DNA of 64,000 bases from Candidatus Fermentibacteraceae bacterium (GTDB lineage: Bacteria > Fermentibacterota > Fermentibacteria > Fermentibacterales > JCC-6): contig JBGSZS010000019.1 of NCBI GenBank assembly GCA_041750285.1, forward strand, positions 1 through 64,000, written 5' to 3'. The notes beneath the pieces were generated by a model. That model was not told the DNA's origin. It worked only from the letters and a program-made list of their open reading frames with translations, and searched no databases. Every line of letters begins with the position of its first letter. Position 1 is the stretch's first letter. The translations under genes and the position numbers were made by a program. Positions 20,513-30,711 of this stretch are shown here, in pieces.

Positions 20513-21727
20513 ATGGTGGAATACGCAGGCACGGAGAGCATGGATGACTCCACCGCCGGCATCACCGCGGGCAGAGTGGATTCCGTGAGGAACCGGAGCA
20601 TACTCAAGACAGGCCTCAGGCTCTACGACGGTGAAACGGTAGGTGTTGCGGGCTGTCTTGGCGACCCTGACATCTCCGATCTGAGGAAAAGGGCAAAGGA
20701 GGCCCTGGGGAGCGTTCCCTTCCCCTGGGCGCCGAACAGCGGCCTGATCCGTCACAGGGAAGTGCCGGGCGGAGAGAACGGAAGCGTCCTGACCGAGGCC
20801 GAGGCAATCGTATCGGTCCTTTCCGGTGAGTTTCCCGACATCCTCGTTTCCGGGAAGCTTACGTTTGGCAGGTATCACCGGGCCCTTTCCGGAGGGGGTC
20901 TTGATCTCAGCTTCGCCCTTCGGGGATACAACCTGTCACTCACCTTCAAGAGAAGGGACAGCAACGCCATAATAGACGGTTTTTTCGCAACCGGGGGCAC
21001 AAGCATGGACCGCGGCCAGGTCCTCAGTGAGATCCGGCGTGAGTTCATGGCGTTCCTGAACCCCGTCGCGCCACCTGCGTCCGGGATTCACAACGTGGTC
21101 TTCGTCGATACCGGAACGGTCCTCTCCCAGACAATCGGTGACCTGCAGGGCCTCAGATTTGCCACAGGTTCTTCGCTTCTTTCGGAAAGGCGCGATCAGA
21201 AGGTATTCTCGAGCGGCCTGACCCTTCTCCAGTTCGCCGACGAGAGGGAGGGAACCCCCTTCTTCGACGCCGAGGGCACAGTCACCCCCCCCGAGGGGCT
21301 GCCTCTCGTGAGGGAGGGCGTGTTCGTCGCACCATTCACCGACATCAGGACGGCAATGACCTACGACCTTCCCCTGACCGGGGCGGCGACGGCGCAGTAC
21401 GATGGTGTTCCGTCACTGGGCTTTCCCGATATCAGGGTGAAACCCTCGGACCGCACCCTTCCCGAGCTTCTCGACGGGAAGCCTGCGATCTGCGTCAGCG
21501 TTACTGCGGGCGGGGATTTCACACCCACGGGAGGATTCGGGGCACCGGTCCAGCTCGCCTACCTCATGGATGCTTCCGGAAACCCGGTGGGCAGACTTCC
21601 GGAGTGCTCAATCTCCTCCACCGTGTGGAAGATGCTGGGTGATGACTTCGTGGGGGTTTCATCCGACCCGTTCTACCCGTCGTCGGACCGGAGGGCCATG
21701 GTTATGCGTATGGCGGTGGAGTTCTAG
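20513..21727 (+). CDS. TldE/PmbA family protein
   Basis: Follows tldD; PFFDAEG motif and no HExxxH; GGAGG SD at 20501. Confidence 0.75.
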   Translation: MVEYAGTESMDDSTAGITAGRVDSVRNRSILKTGLRLYDGETVGVAGCLGDPDISDLRKRAKEALGSVPFPWAPNSGLIRHREVPGGENGSVLTEAEAIVSVLSGEFPDILVSGKLTFGRYHRALSGGGLDLSFALRGYNLSLTFKRRDSNAIIDGFFATGGTSMDRGQVLSEIRREFMAFLNPVAPPASGIHNVVFVDTGTVLSQTIGDLQGLRFATGSSLLSERRDQKVFSSGLTLLQFADEREGTPFFDAEGTVTPPEGLPLVREGVFVAPFTDIRTAMTYDLPLTGAATAQYDGVPSLGFPDIRVKPSDRTLPELLDGKPAICVSVTAGGDFTPTGGFGAPVQLAYLMDASGNPVGRLPECSISSTVWKMLGDDFVGVSSDPFYPSSDRRAMVMRMAVEF

Positions 21728-21736
21728 AAGGGCCTG

Positions 21737-22213
21737 CTACTGAACCGGAGGTCTGATCCCTGAGAGGATGGAACTCCATTCAACCGCAGTCCAAAGGCCT
21801 TCCCTGTTTTTCTCGACCGTGATCGGCCTCGGGCTGTCGGCACCCGAGCACTCAACGAAGAGCTTCACCCTTCCCTGGGCGGGGTCTCCGCTGTGGGGGT
21901 TGGTGGAAAACCTCATTACAAGCGGGGGCTGCTGTGGTAGGTAGCGATTCTCCGGGCTTGTTCCCAGGATGTAGCTGTTGGGAAGGTACTCCTTCCCTTC
22001 GAGCCTCTCCTCGACGAACCTGAGCCGTGATGAGGGAAGGGAGGGGTCGGCGGCGGCGATGCACTTTCTGCCGAGTTCCCTGTCCATCGCCATCAGGGCC
22101 AGGGCGATAATGACGGATGCCGCGGCACCCTCGGGGCTCTCCCCCAGCGTCCTGAGCTTTTCGGTAAACTGGCCTGCATCGGTCGGAACCTCGTGGAGTA
22201 CAACATCGGGCAT
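21737..22213 (-). CDS. Hypothetical protein (DUF6935-like)
   Basis: YLPNSYILGTSPENRY, SGADSPRPI, EWSS...GIRPP motifs (family recalled, not searched). Confidence 0.6.
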   Translation of the reverse strand: MPDVVLHEVPTDAGQFTEKLRTLGESPEGAAASVIIALALMAMDRELGRKCIAAADPSLPSSRLRFVEERLEGKEYLPNSYILGTSPENRYLPQQPPLVMRFSTNPHSGDPAQGRVKLFVECSGADSPRPITVEKNREGLWTAVEWSSILSGIRPPVQ

Positions 22214-22237
22214 TTTCTGAGTCTTCCTTTCCTGTGG

Positions 22238-23431
22238 TCAGCTCCGGAAGCCGTCGAGAAAGCCCGCGAGGTGCTTCATGATGACGGCTGCGCTGAGTTG
22301 TTCAGAGATCTTCATCTGATCACGGGGAGCCCGGAGGATACCCTTCCTCCAATGGTCGTGAACATCTTCAAGTGTCGAGGCCAGGGCCATCGGATCGGGC
22401 TGGCAGATGTAGGCCCCGCCAAGCGACCTGAGGGTCTGGCTCATGTCGCCCTCGGGAGTTGCAGCGACGATGGGCCTGCCGGTTCTGAGGCAGTCGGCGG
22501 CGACAGCCGGGCAAACCCTGTGGCTGTTGATGCCAGCGGGAAGTGACAGAAGAAGCACGTGGCATGAGGCCATGAAGTCCGGCATGAGCCGCCAGGGGAG
22601 AATCCCGTTGAAACTGACATTCCTGTGTGACCGTGATCCTTCGGGCATCATGCCCGCATGTTCTACCAGAAGGGCCGTGTCGGGGTTTCTTCTGAAGAAC
22701 TCGCCGACACCGGAAAGCACCGGGTCAGGCGTGTGGGTTCCATGAAAGCTGTCGACCCACCCTATCCTTAGTGTATCTCCCCTTTCGATCGGGGGAGCGG
22801 GTGAAGTCCTGTCGGGATCGAAGGAGTTGTGTGCCACATGGACAGGGGGGCAGAGCCCCGGATACCGTTCCATGAACCATCCCGCCGCTCCCTCGCTTCC
22901 CGCAACCAGCGCCGAGGCGGCCTTGACCGTGCGCCTCTCCAGGAAGCCGTGCAGAAGCCTTTGCAAAGTGCTTGTCCAGACCGCGGAGTAATCGCCCAGC
23001 CATAGCCCTGCGAAGAACGGGATCATTGGAAGGCCGGTTTTCCGTGAAAGCTCGGCTGCTGCGGTACCCAGTGAGTGGGAGGGCATAACGGGCATGACAA
23101 GGTCGGCTTTTTCACGCCGGATGATCTCGAGGCCGGCGCTGACGAGCGCTTTGTGATTGCCGGAAATGGGGTCTGGCGCTCTGATCAGGTCGGAAAGCAC
23201 TGTGGGAAGGGTGGTCCCGCCCGGGCTTCCCGGACCGCGAAAGACCTTCATCTTTGAAGGCATCTCACGCAGCAGGGTTTCATCGGAGTGAAACGGACCC
23301 GCCGGGGGCACGGCCATCACCACAGGCTCCCACCCCGAGGCAGGCAGGTATCTGCATGCGGCGAGGAGCGCGGGAGTTTCCGCAGTTACCGTTGGGGGAA
23401 AGCCCGATGTGAGAAGAAGAAGCCTTTTCAA
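22238..23431 (-). CDS. GT4-like glycosyltransferase (divergent)
   Basis: TTG start, KRLLLLTSGFPP, YLPASGWEPVV, GT-B layout, GRPIV motif. Confidence 0.7.
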   Translation of the reverse strand: MKRLLLLTSGFPPTVTAETPALLAACRYLPASGWEPVVMAVPPAGPFHSDETLLREMPSKMKVFRGPGSPGGTTLPTVLSDLIRAPDPISGNHKALVSAGLEIIRREKADLVMPVMPSHSLGTAAAELSRKTGLPMIPFFAGLWLGDYSAVWTSTLQRLLHGFLERRTVKAASALVAGSEGAAGWFMERYPGLCPPVHVAHNSFDPDRTSPAPPIERGDTLRIGWVDSFHGTHTPDPVLSGVGEFFRRNPDTALLVEHAGMMPEGSRSHRNVSFNGILPWRLMPDFMASCHVLLLSLPAGINSHRVCPAVAADCLRTGRPIVAATPEGDMSQTLRSLGGAYICQPDPMALASTLEDVHDHWRKGILRAPRDQMKISEQLSAAVIMKHLAGFLDGFRS

Positions 23432-23581
23432 CGTGGTTTTCCTGTCCTGTGCCGGTGAACCGGAACAAGTATAAAGGCAGAGGGACCATGGCGCAAACGG
23501 GTCTGCAGGGTTCAGAAAATGACTTACACCGGCGCAGCGGCTATAATCCGTCCATGTTCCACGAACCCCGGGGGGCGGTTC

Positions 23582-24691
23582 ATGCGGGTATCCTTTGTCA
23601 TGCTGGGCCTGAGAGACCATCGCACGGGCGGCTATGATTTCAATGCGAGGGTTGCCGATGCCCTCGAGTCCCGGGGGCACACCGTCGACAGGGTCCATCA
23701 CTCAACAATCCCGCCCCGTGCAAGGGGCTCGAGGTTTGCAGGTTCCTGGGAGGTGCTGCGCAGGGTTGCAGCCTTCAGACCGGATGTGCTTGTTGTAGCC
23801 AGAAGCTACGCCTTCATGGTGCCGCTCAGGATCCTTCTGGGGTTATGGCGGCTTCCCGTGCTCTACCTTGTGCACCATCTGGAGTGGATGGACAACCCCG
23901 GGAAACCCTCGCCTTCCCGCAAGGCAATGGTGAAGTGGCTTGTCGGCAGGGGAGACATGATATGGTGCAACAGCAGGGCCACGCTTTCAGGGCTTGCCGA
24001 AACGGGCCTTTCGCCGGCGAGGCTCAGGGTCATCCCCCCCGGCTTTTCCCGCTTCGAAGCTGCACGGTCGGACAGGAGGGCGCACTCAGAACCGGTTCTT
24101 CTGTGTGTGGGCGCTCTCACGTCCAGAAAGGGCCAGGAGACGATCCTCAAGGCGTGTTCCCTGCTTGGGGGTAGGAACTTTCACCTGGTGCTCGCGGGGT
24201 CAGGAGCTGAAGAGCCCGGGTACGCCCGAAGGGTGGCTGACGCAGCAGGGTCTCCCGCACTGGCGGGAAAGGTTTCGATAACCGGGCACCTGGGCAAGGA
24301 TGAGGTCTACCGTCTAATGGGGGAGGCCGATATTCTCGTGCACGCCGCTCCCTGGGAAGCTTACGGGATCGCTCTTGCAGAAGCCATGTGGGCAGGGCTT
24401 CCGGTGATCGCATCCCGGGGGGGTGCCGTGCCCGAGCTCGTAACCCCGGGGGTGCAGGGTTTTCTCTACGATCCCGGAGACGCCCGGGGTCTTTCGGAGA
24501 AGATAATTCTGCTTCTTGACAACGGGGAACTGAGAAGAAGAATGGGGGCTGCCGCCCGGTCCAGGGCGGAGGAGCTTTACACATGGGACAGAACATGCGA
24601 GGAGTTTGTCAGCCTTGTTGAAGAAACTGCTTGTGGCCAAGTTCGGCGGGACCTGCCTTGCGGACCGGGAGTCGCAAAGGCGGACCGCTGA
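23582..24691 (+). CDS. GT4 glycosyltransferase
   Basis: TGGYDFN, VGALTSRKG, EAYGIALAEAMWAGLPVI. Confidence 0.9.
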   Translation: MRVSFVMLGLRDHRTGGYDFNARVADALESRGHTVDRVHHSTIPPRARGSRFAGSWEVLRRVAAFRPDVLVVARSYAFMVPLRILLGLWRLPVLYLVHHLEWMDNPGKPSPSRKAMVKWLVGRGDMIWCNSRATLSGLAETGLSPARLRVIPPGFSRFEAARSDRRAHSEPVLLCVGALTSRKGQETILKACSLLGGRNFHLVLAGSGAEEPGYARRVADAAGSPALAGKVSITGHLGKDEVYRLMGEADILVHAAPWEAYGIALAEAMWAGLPVIASRGGAVPELVTPGVQGFLYDPGDARGLSEKIILLLDNGELRRRMGAAARSRAEELYTWDRTCEEFVSLVEETACGQVRRDLPCGPGVAKADR

Positions 24692-25808
24692 ACTCTGCGG
24701 AACGCTTCGTTCACAGTGCGAGGACCTTGTTGTTGTAGTTTCAGCCATGGGACGAAGCGGGGACCCATATTCAACCGACACCCTGCTCGGGCTTCTTGCC
24801 GACGGAGCCTCCCCGGCCGAGCGGGACAGGCTGATGGCGTGCGGAGAGATAATAAGCGCCCTTGTCACAGCATCCCTGCTAAGGCAGAGCGGCATCGAAG
24901 CCGAAGCCCTCACCGGGTGGGAAGCCGGTATCACGACCGATGACAGGTCCGGTGATGCGATCGTGCTCAGGGTGGACACCACTGGCATGAAAAGGGTGCT
25001 CGCCAGGCGAGCCGTAGCCGTTGTGGCAGGTTTTCAGGGCTTTTCGCCTGATGGTTGTGTGACCACTCTGGGCAGGGGCGGCAGCGACACTACGGCGGTC
25101 GTTCTGGGCGCCGCGCTCAATGCCGACGAAGTGGTGTTCTTCAAGACGGTTGAGTCGGTGTACACAGCCGATCCGGAAAAGGTGCCCGGAGCGCGCAAAC
25201 TCGACCGGATCTGCGCCGAAGACCTCAGACAGATGGCGTGGCAGGGCGCGAAGATCGTCAATCCAAGGGCTGCGGAGGCATCGATCGCCTCAGGCATTCC
25301 GATCAGTGTCAGGTCGTTCGCCACGGGCGAGGTGGTCACAAGTGTCGAACCCGCACCCCCGGTTTGTGAGGACTACATCGTGGGTGTGGCTTCGGGACCC
25401 CCGGTGGCACGGATGACCGTCTCCGGTGGAACCGAACCCTGCCACGTCTTTCATTCCCGGGTTTTCGGGCTTGTCGCCGATGCGGGGGTATCCATGGACA
25501 TGTTCAGCGTTTTCGGGGGCACCGCCGTGTTCACGGTACCACTCGACGAGAGGGAAAGGGTCGCAGGCATTCTGGAGGGAGAAGGGCTGCGCGTTCTTTC
25601 ACTTGCACCCTGTGCCAAGGTCTCCATCGTTGGCGCCGGGATGCACGGGCTGAGGGGTGTCATGGCCAGGTTCAGCGCGGCCCTCAGCGAAGCCGGCGTG
25701 GAAATGCTGCAGACCGTAGACTCCCATGCAACCATCAGCGCCCTGGTGGCGCTTGGGGAGAGGGACACTGCCCTAAGGGCACTGCACAGGGAGTTCGTAG
25801 AAAGATGA
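24606..25808 (+). CDS. Aspartate kinase, DapG/AK-I-like, with two ACT domains (start may be 24615 or 24618)
   Basis: KFGGT, VVVSAMGR.GDPY.TDTLL, VAGFQG, TTLGRGGSDTTA, YTADP, KVSIVGAGMHG. Confidence 0.9.
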   Translation: MSALLKKLLVAKFGGTCLADRESQRRTAELCGTLRSQCEDLVVVVSAMGRSGDPYSTDTLLGLLADGASPAERDRLMACGEIISALVTASLLRQSGIEAEALTGWEAGITTDDRSGDAIVLRVDTTGMKRVLARRAVAVVAGFQGFSPDGCVTTLGRGGSDTTAVVLGAALNADEVVFFKTVESVYTADPEKVPGARKLDRICAEDLRQMAWQGAKIVNPRAAEASIASGIPISVRSFATGEVVTSVEPAPPVCEDYIVGVASGPPVARMTVSGGTEPCHVFHSRVFGLVADAGVSMDMFSVFGGTAVFTVPLDERERVAGILEGEGLRVLSLAPCAKVSIVGAGMHGLRGVMARFSAALSEAGVEMLQTVDSHATISALVALGERDTALRALHREFVER

Positions 25809-26584
25809 ACCTTCTCGAGAGCGTTGCGCTTGCGGCGATCCAGGGCCTGACCGAATTCCTTCCCGTTTCCAGCTCGGGGCACCTTGCCCTGGCTTCGGCA
25901 TTCATGAACGTTCCGGCTGGGAGCATGGCCTTCGAGATCGTTCTCCATCTGGGCACACTTGTGGCCGTTCTTCTGGTTTTCGGGAAAGATCTCCTGTCAA
26001 TTGCCGGGGGTGTCGTTCACGGACGCAGGGACAGCTTGCGTGCGGCTCTAACGCTTATCGTGGCTTCAGTTCCCGCCGGCATCGTGGGGATATTCCTCTC
26101 GGACTGCATCGGGACCGTATTCGGCATGCCCATTGTGGTGGGCTGCCTCATGCTTCTTACGGGAACGGTGCTGTTCCTGACAAGGTTTTCTCCCGGGGGG
26201 AAGGGCGACCCAGGCCTGGGCAAGGGTCTGTTCATCGGGCTTTTTCAGGCGCTTGCGGTCCTTCCCGGTGTTTCCAGATCAGGGCTGACCATCTCGGCCG
26301 GTCTTTTCAGGGGAGTGGACAGGGCTTCCGCAGCAAGGTTCTCGTTCCTTCTCTCCGTCCCGGCGATCCTTGGCGCCGCTGTTCTGGAACTGCCCGAAGC
26401 GGAATGGGATACCCCAATTGGTGTTCTTATTGCGGGCTTCGCCGTTTCCGCGCTTGTGGGGTACGGCGCTTTGAAGGTGTTGCTGCGTTTCGTTGGCGCA
26501 GGAGAGCTTCACCGGTTCTGCTGGTACTGCTGGGCCATCGGAGGCTTTGGCGTGGTCTGGTTCGTCCTCAACGGAGGAGCGTAA
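25805..26584 (+). CDS. uppP: Undecaprenyl-diphosphate phosphatase
   Basis: QGLTEFLPVSSSGHL, PGVSRSGLTI, ARFSFLLSVPAI. Confidence 0.95.
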   Translation: MNLLESVALAAIQGLTEFLPVSSSGHLALASAFMNVPAGSMAFEIVLHLGTLVAVLLVFGKDLLSIAGGVVHGRRDSLRAALTLIVASVPAGIVGIFLSDCIGTVFGMPIVVGCLMLLTGTVLFLTRFSPGGKGDPGLGKGLFIGLFQALAVLPGVSRSGLTISAGLFRGVDRASAARFSFLLSVPAILGAAVLELPEAEWDTPIGVLIAGFAVSALVGYGALKVLLRFVGAGELHRFCWYCWAIGGFGVVWFVLNGGA

Positions 26585-26587
26585 GAG

Positions 26588-29347
26588 TTGCTTTTCCTGA
26601 TGACGCTGCTTTGCGTGTTCTGGCCCGAGGGATGGTACGGAAGCTACCGTGTTGCCGATCAGGAGGGCGCTCTTCTGAGTGTTTCCTCTCTTCCCGACAC
26701 GGTTCAGGGACGCGAGCAGGCACTTGCCCTGTCCATGCATTTCACGGGGGAGCCGGGTGCACTCGAGGTGATCATGGAGTGCATCAGGTCCGACTCCACT
26801 GATTTCCGCGGCTGGACGGCACTGGGAGCGATCCTCACCGAGACCGATCCCGACCGCGCCGAGGCAGCCTTTCAGAAGGCGCTCATCCTGGCGCCTGGTG
26901 ATGACCCTGTCCTGCTGGAATCAATGGCGTACCTGCACCTTGCATCCTCGGATCCGGAAGAGGCCCACAGGCTTGCCTCAAGTGCCATCTCAGCCGACCC
27001 CGGCTTCATTCCCGCCAATCTCACTGCGGCCTGGGCACTCGAGGACCTTGGCCGGCATGAAGATGCCATAAGTACGCTCGAAGCGGCTTTGGTGCTCAAT
27101 CCGGAGGGATTCCCGCTGATGGAGGAGCTCGCAACGGTGTATGACATCACTGGAAGGCCCGACTCAGCCGTTGCAGTTCTGGAACGGGTGCTCGATGCCC
27201 AGCCTGAAAGGGCAAGCGCAAGAAGGCTTCTGGGAAGCGTCCATGAGGGGCAGGGCAGACTGGGGCATGCAGTGAAGGAATTTCGGGCGCTTCTGGCAAC
27301 TTCTCCCGATGATTACTGGAGCTGGGGCCAGCTCGCCAGGCTCATGGAACGTCTTGGCAGAATACCCGAGGCCAGGGAGTACTACCTCGCGGGGATCGAT
27401 GCCAATCCATCCTACGCCTGGGCCTACCATCGGCTGGCTTCCCTGGCTGAAGACTCGCTTGAGAAGATCGAATACCTCGAGAGCGCGGTAGCCGCCGACA
27501 GCACCTACGGAGTCGCCTGGACGGACCTGGGGCTGGCGTACGAAGACACCGGGGACCTGATGAAAGCCTCACAGGCTTTCAGGAAAAGCCTCGAACTGAA
27601 CCCGTCGAGCTGGACATGGGGTGAACTTGGCTGGTCGCTGGAATCGCTGGGTCTTTTCGCCGAGGCAGCCGAGGCTTACGAAAGCGGGGTGGCGCTGGAC
27701 AGCAGCTATTCCTACGGCTGGCAGCGCAGGGGCTCACTTTTCCGGGAGAATGGCGAGGAACTGCTGGCGATGGACTGGTTCACCGAGGCACTTGAGCACC
27801 TCGGCGATGAACCCTGGATCCTCGGCGAGATGGGCAACATCTCCGTCAAAGCGGGAAACCTTGCCGCTGCTCTCGATTACTTTGGCAGGGCGGTGTCGGC
27901 CGAGCCCGGATACGGTTACGGACTTCTGAACCTGGCCCGGCTTTACAGGCTCACCAGAGATTTCGACAGCTCGCTTCGAAGCATTGACGGATATCTCGAT
28001 TCACCCTCATCCGAGGCCGAGGTCGGGCTGGTCGAAAAGATATTCATCCTCGAGGACTCCGGGTCTCCTTTGCTGGCCGATTCCATTTCAAGGATCCTTT
28101 CCGGGGGCCGGCACTTCACACGCTACGGATGGAACGCGATGGGTATGGGATACCCGGATGACGCGGTCAGGGCTGCCGGCAGGGCCGTTTCTGCAGGAAT
28201 CGAGAATCCCTGGGACTGGATAGATCTTGGAGGTCTTTTCGAGGGGCTCGGGAAGGACAGGGAAGCCAGGGAATGCTACCTCAACGCTTCGGCCAGCGCC
28301 GGAGAAGACATCGAGGTCCACCGGGAGATCGCTGGTTACCTCTACAGGAGCGGCGACTATACAGGTGCCGGTGACAGGCTTGACCTTGCCCTCGAACTTG
28401 ACTCGACATCACTCGTGCTCTCTGAACTGGGTGAGGCAAGACTTTTCGAGGGCAGGATAGGAGAGGCTGAAGAAGCCCTTCTGGCAGCCCTTTCGCGCGA
28501 CCCGTCATCGGTGTTCGCGATCTGCTACCTCGGCCTCATCGAAGAGCGCCGTGGCAATCCGGAAGGCGCCACAGAGAGATACCTCGATGCCCTCAGGATA
28601 GTACCGGGGTACTCCTATGCCGAAGCGCGAATCCTCTACATTACCGGCGGCGATTACGACAGGACCTGGAACAGTGAACACTACAGCCCCTTCAGCTGGA
28701 ACCTCTGGACCGACCTCTCCTTTTCCAGCGGCAACCAGGAAGAGTCCTCGTTGAGCGGAGGCGCCTCCGTCGGTATCAACTACATGCGCGGCAGCAGTGT
28801 GAAGTTGAGCGGGAGCATGCGTCTCGAGGAAAGGAACGGGGAACGGGAGCGGGAATCGGCCTATGCCTCGCTTACGCACGAGCATTTCTTCAACGAACGG
28901 ATCTACGCCGGGCTGAGCAGCAGCTGGGACAGACAACCACTGACGGTGAGACCCTGGCAGGTCAGCTCATACCTGGCCGCTGGATGGAAGAGCTGGCCTG
29001 CGGAATGGGTATGGCTGGCCCCCGAGATCGGGGTCGGTCTTGTCAATACCCGCTGGTCGGTGGGTGAGGACAGGACCGACAGGGTCACGTCCTTCGCATC
29101 CTTCGGCGCATGGATGCGCCGTCCCCGGCACTGGCTTCCCAATCTCTGGCTCGGGGGAAGCGTCTACCTTCCTCCGGGCGATGCCCGTCACACGGTGTCA
29201 TACGCCAACAGCGAACTCGACTTCGACCTGCCCGGCCCCCTTTCTCTCGTGCTTGGCCTCAACCTCGACTACACACGCACACCAGCCGTCGAAACATGGA
29301 AGAAGAGCGACCTCGATTACTACCTCAGGATCAGGCTGGGCAATTGA
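26588..29347 (+). CDS. Long TPR-repeat protein fused to a C-terminal DUF481-like beta-barrel
   Basis: Many 34-aa TPR-like repeats; last ~215 aa are amphipathic strands starting DLSFSSGN and ending DYYLRIRLGN. Confidence 0.7.
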   Translation: MLFLMTLLCVFWPEGWYGSYRVADQEGALLSVSSLPDTVQGREQALALSMHFTGEPGALEVIMECIRSDSTDFRGWTALGAILTETDPDRAEAAFQKALILAPGDDPVLLESMAYLHLASSDPEEAHRLASSAISADPGFIPANLTAAWALEDLGRHEDAISTLEAALVLNPEGFPLMEELATVYDITGRPDSAVAVLERVLDAQPERASARRLLGSVHEGQGRLGHAVKEFRALLATSPDDYWSWGQLARLMERLGRIPEAREYYLAGIDANPSYAWAYHRLASLAEDSLEKIEYLESAVAADSTYGVAWTDLGLAYEDTGDLMKASQAFRKSLELNPSSWTWGELGWSLESLGLFAEAAEAYESGVALDSSYSYGWQRRGSLFRENGEELLAMDWFTEALEHLGDEPWILGEMGNISVKAGNLAAALDYFGRAVSAEPGYGYGLLNLARLYRLTRDFDSSLRSIDGYLDSPSSEAEVGLVEKIFILEDSGSPLLADSISRILSGGRHFTRYGWNAMGMGYPDDAVRAAGRAVSAGIENPWDWIDLGGLFEGLGKDREARECYLNASASAGEDIEVHREIAGYLYRSGDYTGAGDRLDLALELDSTSLVLSELGEARLFEGRIGEAEEALLAALSRDPSSVFAICYLGLIEERRGNPEGATERYLDALRIVPGYSYAEARILYITGGDYDRTWNSEHYSPFSWNLWTDLSFSSGNQEESSLSGGASVGINYMRGSSVKLSGSMRLEERNGERERESAYASLTHEHFFNERIYAGLSSSWDRQPLTVRPWQVSSYLAAGWKSWPAEWVWLAPEIGVGLVNTRWSVGEDRTDRVTSFASFGAWMRRPRHWLPNLWLGGSVYLPPGDARHTVSYANSELDFDLPGPLSLVLGLNLDYTRTPAVETWKKSDLDYYLRIRLGN

Positions 29348-30711
29348 ACGTCGCCATCCTGCGCCGCCATGCCATGATCGTCTTTCCGGCCCTCACTGTT
29401 GCATTCGGCGCGCTGGGCCATTTTTTCGGCTCAATCGGCTGGTTTGACTGGGTGTTCAAGGTCTCCCTTTCCGGGACAGTTGGCATCTGGACCAACCACT
29501 TCGCGATCCGAATGCTTTTCAAGCCCCATCACAGGACGGTTTTCGGCCGGCAGGGGCTCATTCCCGCAAAAAGGGCCGAACTTGCCACAGCCATCGGTGC
29601 GGCTGTGGCTCAGCGGCTTCTCGACACCGACTCCGTGCTTGCCTACATGGAGGAGCACGGGCTGCCAGAAAAGGCGGCCAGGTTCGTCGTAGACGGCGTT
29701 GCGGGCCTTGCGGCCAGGCAGGACGTCAGGACCGCCACGGCCGACTACCTTCAGGGTGTTCTCGAGAGGCTTTTGGAACAGCATTCGGGCAGTGTCGTGC
29801 TGAGGGTTCAGGAGTACGTGTCGGAGTTCATCGCCGAAAGGACCGCTCCGGGGATGGTGTGGCCTGCGGTAAGGGCTGCCGTGCGAAGGGAATTCGACAA
29901 CCCGCACACGAGGGAGTTGGTGGCCGGATCGCTGATCACCGTTGCCGACAGAAATGACACCCGGATCGCCGCATTCGTCAACGACGCGCTGGACGATTAC
30001 ATAGGTTCAAAAAAGCTGCCGGAGAGGTTGCTGCTGGGCTTCGGGAAAAGGGTTCTCAGGGTCAACGAGGAAATGATAAGACGCGAGATAAGGAAAAAGG
30101 TCGGCTCACCGGGCTTTTTCGATTCCCTGCTTTGTCTCCTCGACGAAAGCGCTCCCGAGATCGAGGCCTGGATCGATTCTCCCGGCATGAGGGACTGGTT
30201 TTCGCAAAGACTGGACGAGTACCGGGATAAGGCCGCGGACTGGATCATGAACGAGGGGATGGAACTGGCCGTCCGGAAAGTGCGTGCGTTTCTCTCGTCC
30301 GATGCCCTCTGGGACTGGGTCATGTCTCAGATCGATGCCCAGGTCCTGCACCTGGCGGCCATTGCCAGGGAGAGGATCAATTCTCCGGGCTTCAGGAGCA
30401 CCGCCGCCGGGTTCGCGCGAAAGGTTGCTTCCGGGATCGATGTTCAGGGAATCGTTCAGGCGAAGATAGACCGTCTGGACCTTGAGGAGCTGGAGGGACT
30501 GGTACTCGAGGTCTCGGGGGAGAACCTTGCCGCAATAGAACTGTTCGGGGCCCTCCTGGGCTGTCTTGCGGGCTTGATCCTGATCGATGTCAGGTTCCTG
30601 CCGCTGCTTCCCGCGATCGTCCTCGCATTTCTGCTGGTGGAGAAAGCCCTGACCCGCCTGTCCCGAAAAGCGGGGGGTGTTTCTCAGGACCGGCCCGAAA
30701 CGGTCCCGTAG
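29344..30711 (+). CDS. DUF445 family membrane-anchored protein (start 29344 TTG or 29374 ATG)
   Basis: GIWTNHFAIRMLFKP...QGLIPAKR; C-terminal ELEGLV...NLAAIELFGALLG. Confidence 0.8.
   Translation: MNVAILRRHAMIVFPALTVAFGALGHFFGSIGWFDWVFKVSLSGTVGIWTNHFAIRMLFKPHHRTVFGRQGLIPAKRAELATAIGAAVAQRLLDTDSVLAYMEEHGLPEKAARFVVDGVAGLAARQDVRTATADYLQGVLERLLEQHSGSVVLRVQEYVSEFIAERTAPGMVWPAVRAAVRREFDNPHTRELVAGSLITVADRNDTRIAAFVNDALDDYIGSKKLPERLLLGFGKRVLRVNEEMIRREIRKKVGSPGFFDSLLCLLDESAPEIEAWIDSPGMRDWFSQRLDEYRDKAADWIMNEGMELAVRKVRAFLSSDALWDWVMSQIDAQVLHLAAIARERINSPGFRSTAAGFARKVASGIDVQGIVQAKIDRLDLEELEGLVLEVSGENLAAIELFGALLGCLAGLILIDVRFLPLLPAIVLAFLLVEKALTRLSRKAGGVSQDRPETVP

Noticed and set aside
18299..21727. tldD/tldE plus methyltransferase as a RiPP cluster
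   Set aside because: No precursor peptide, YcaO or transporter nearby; tldDE pairs are common housekeeping genes.
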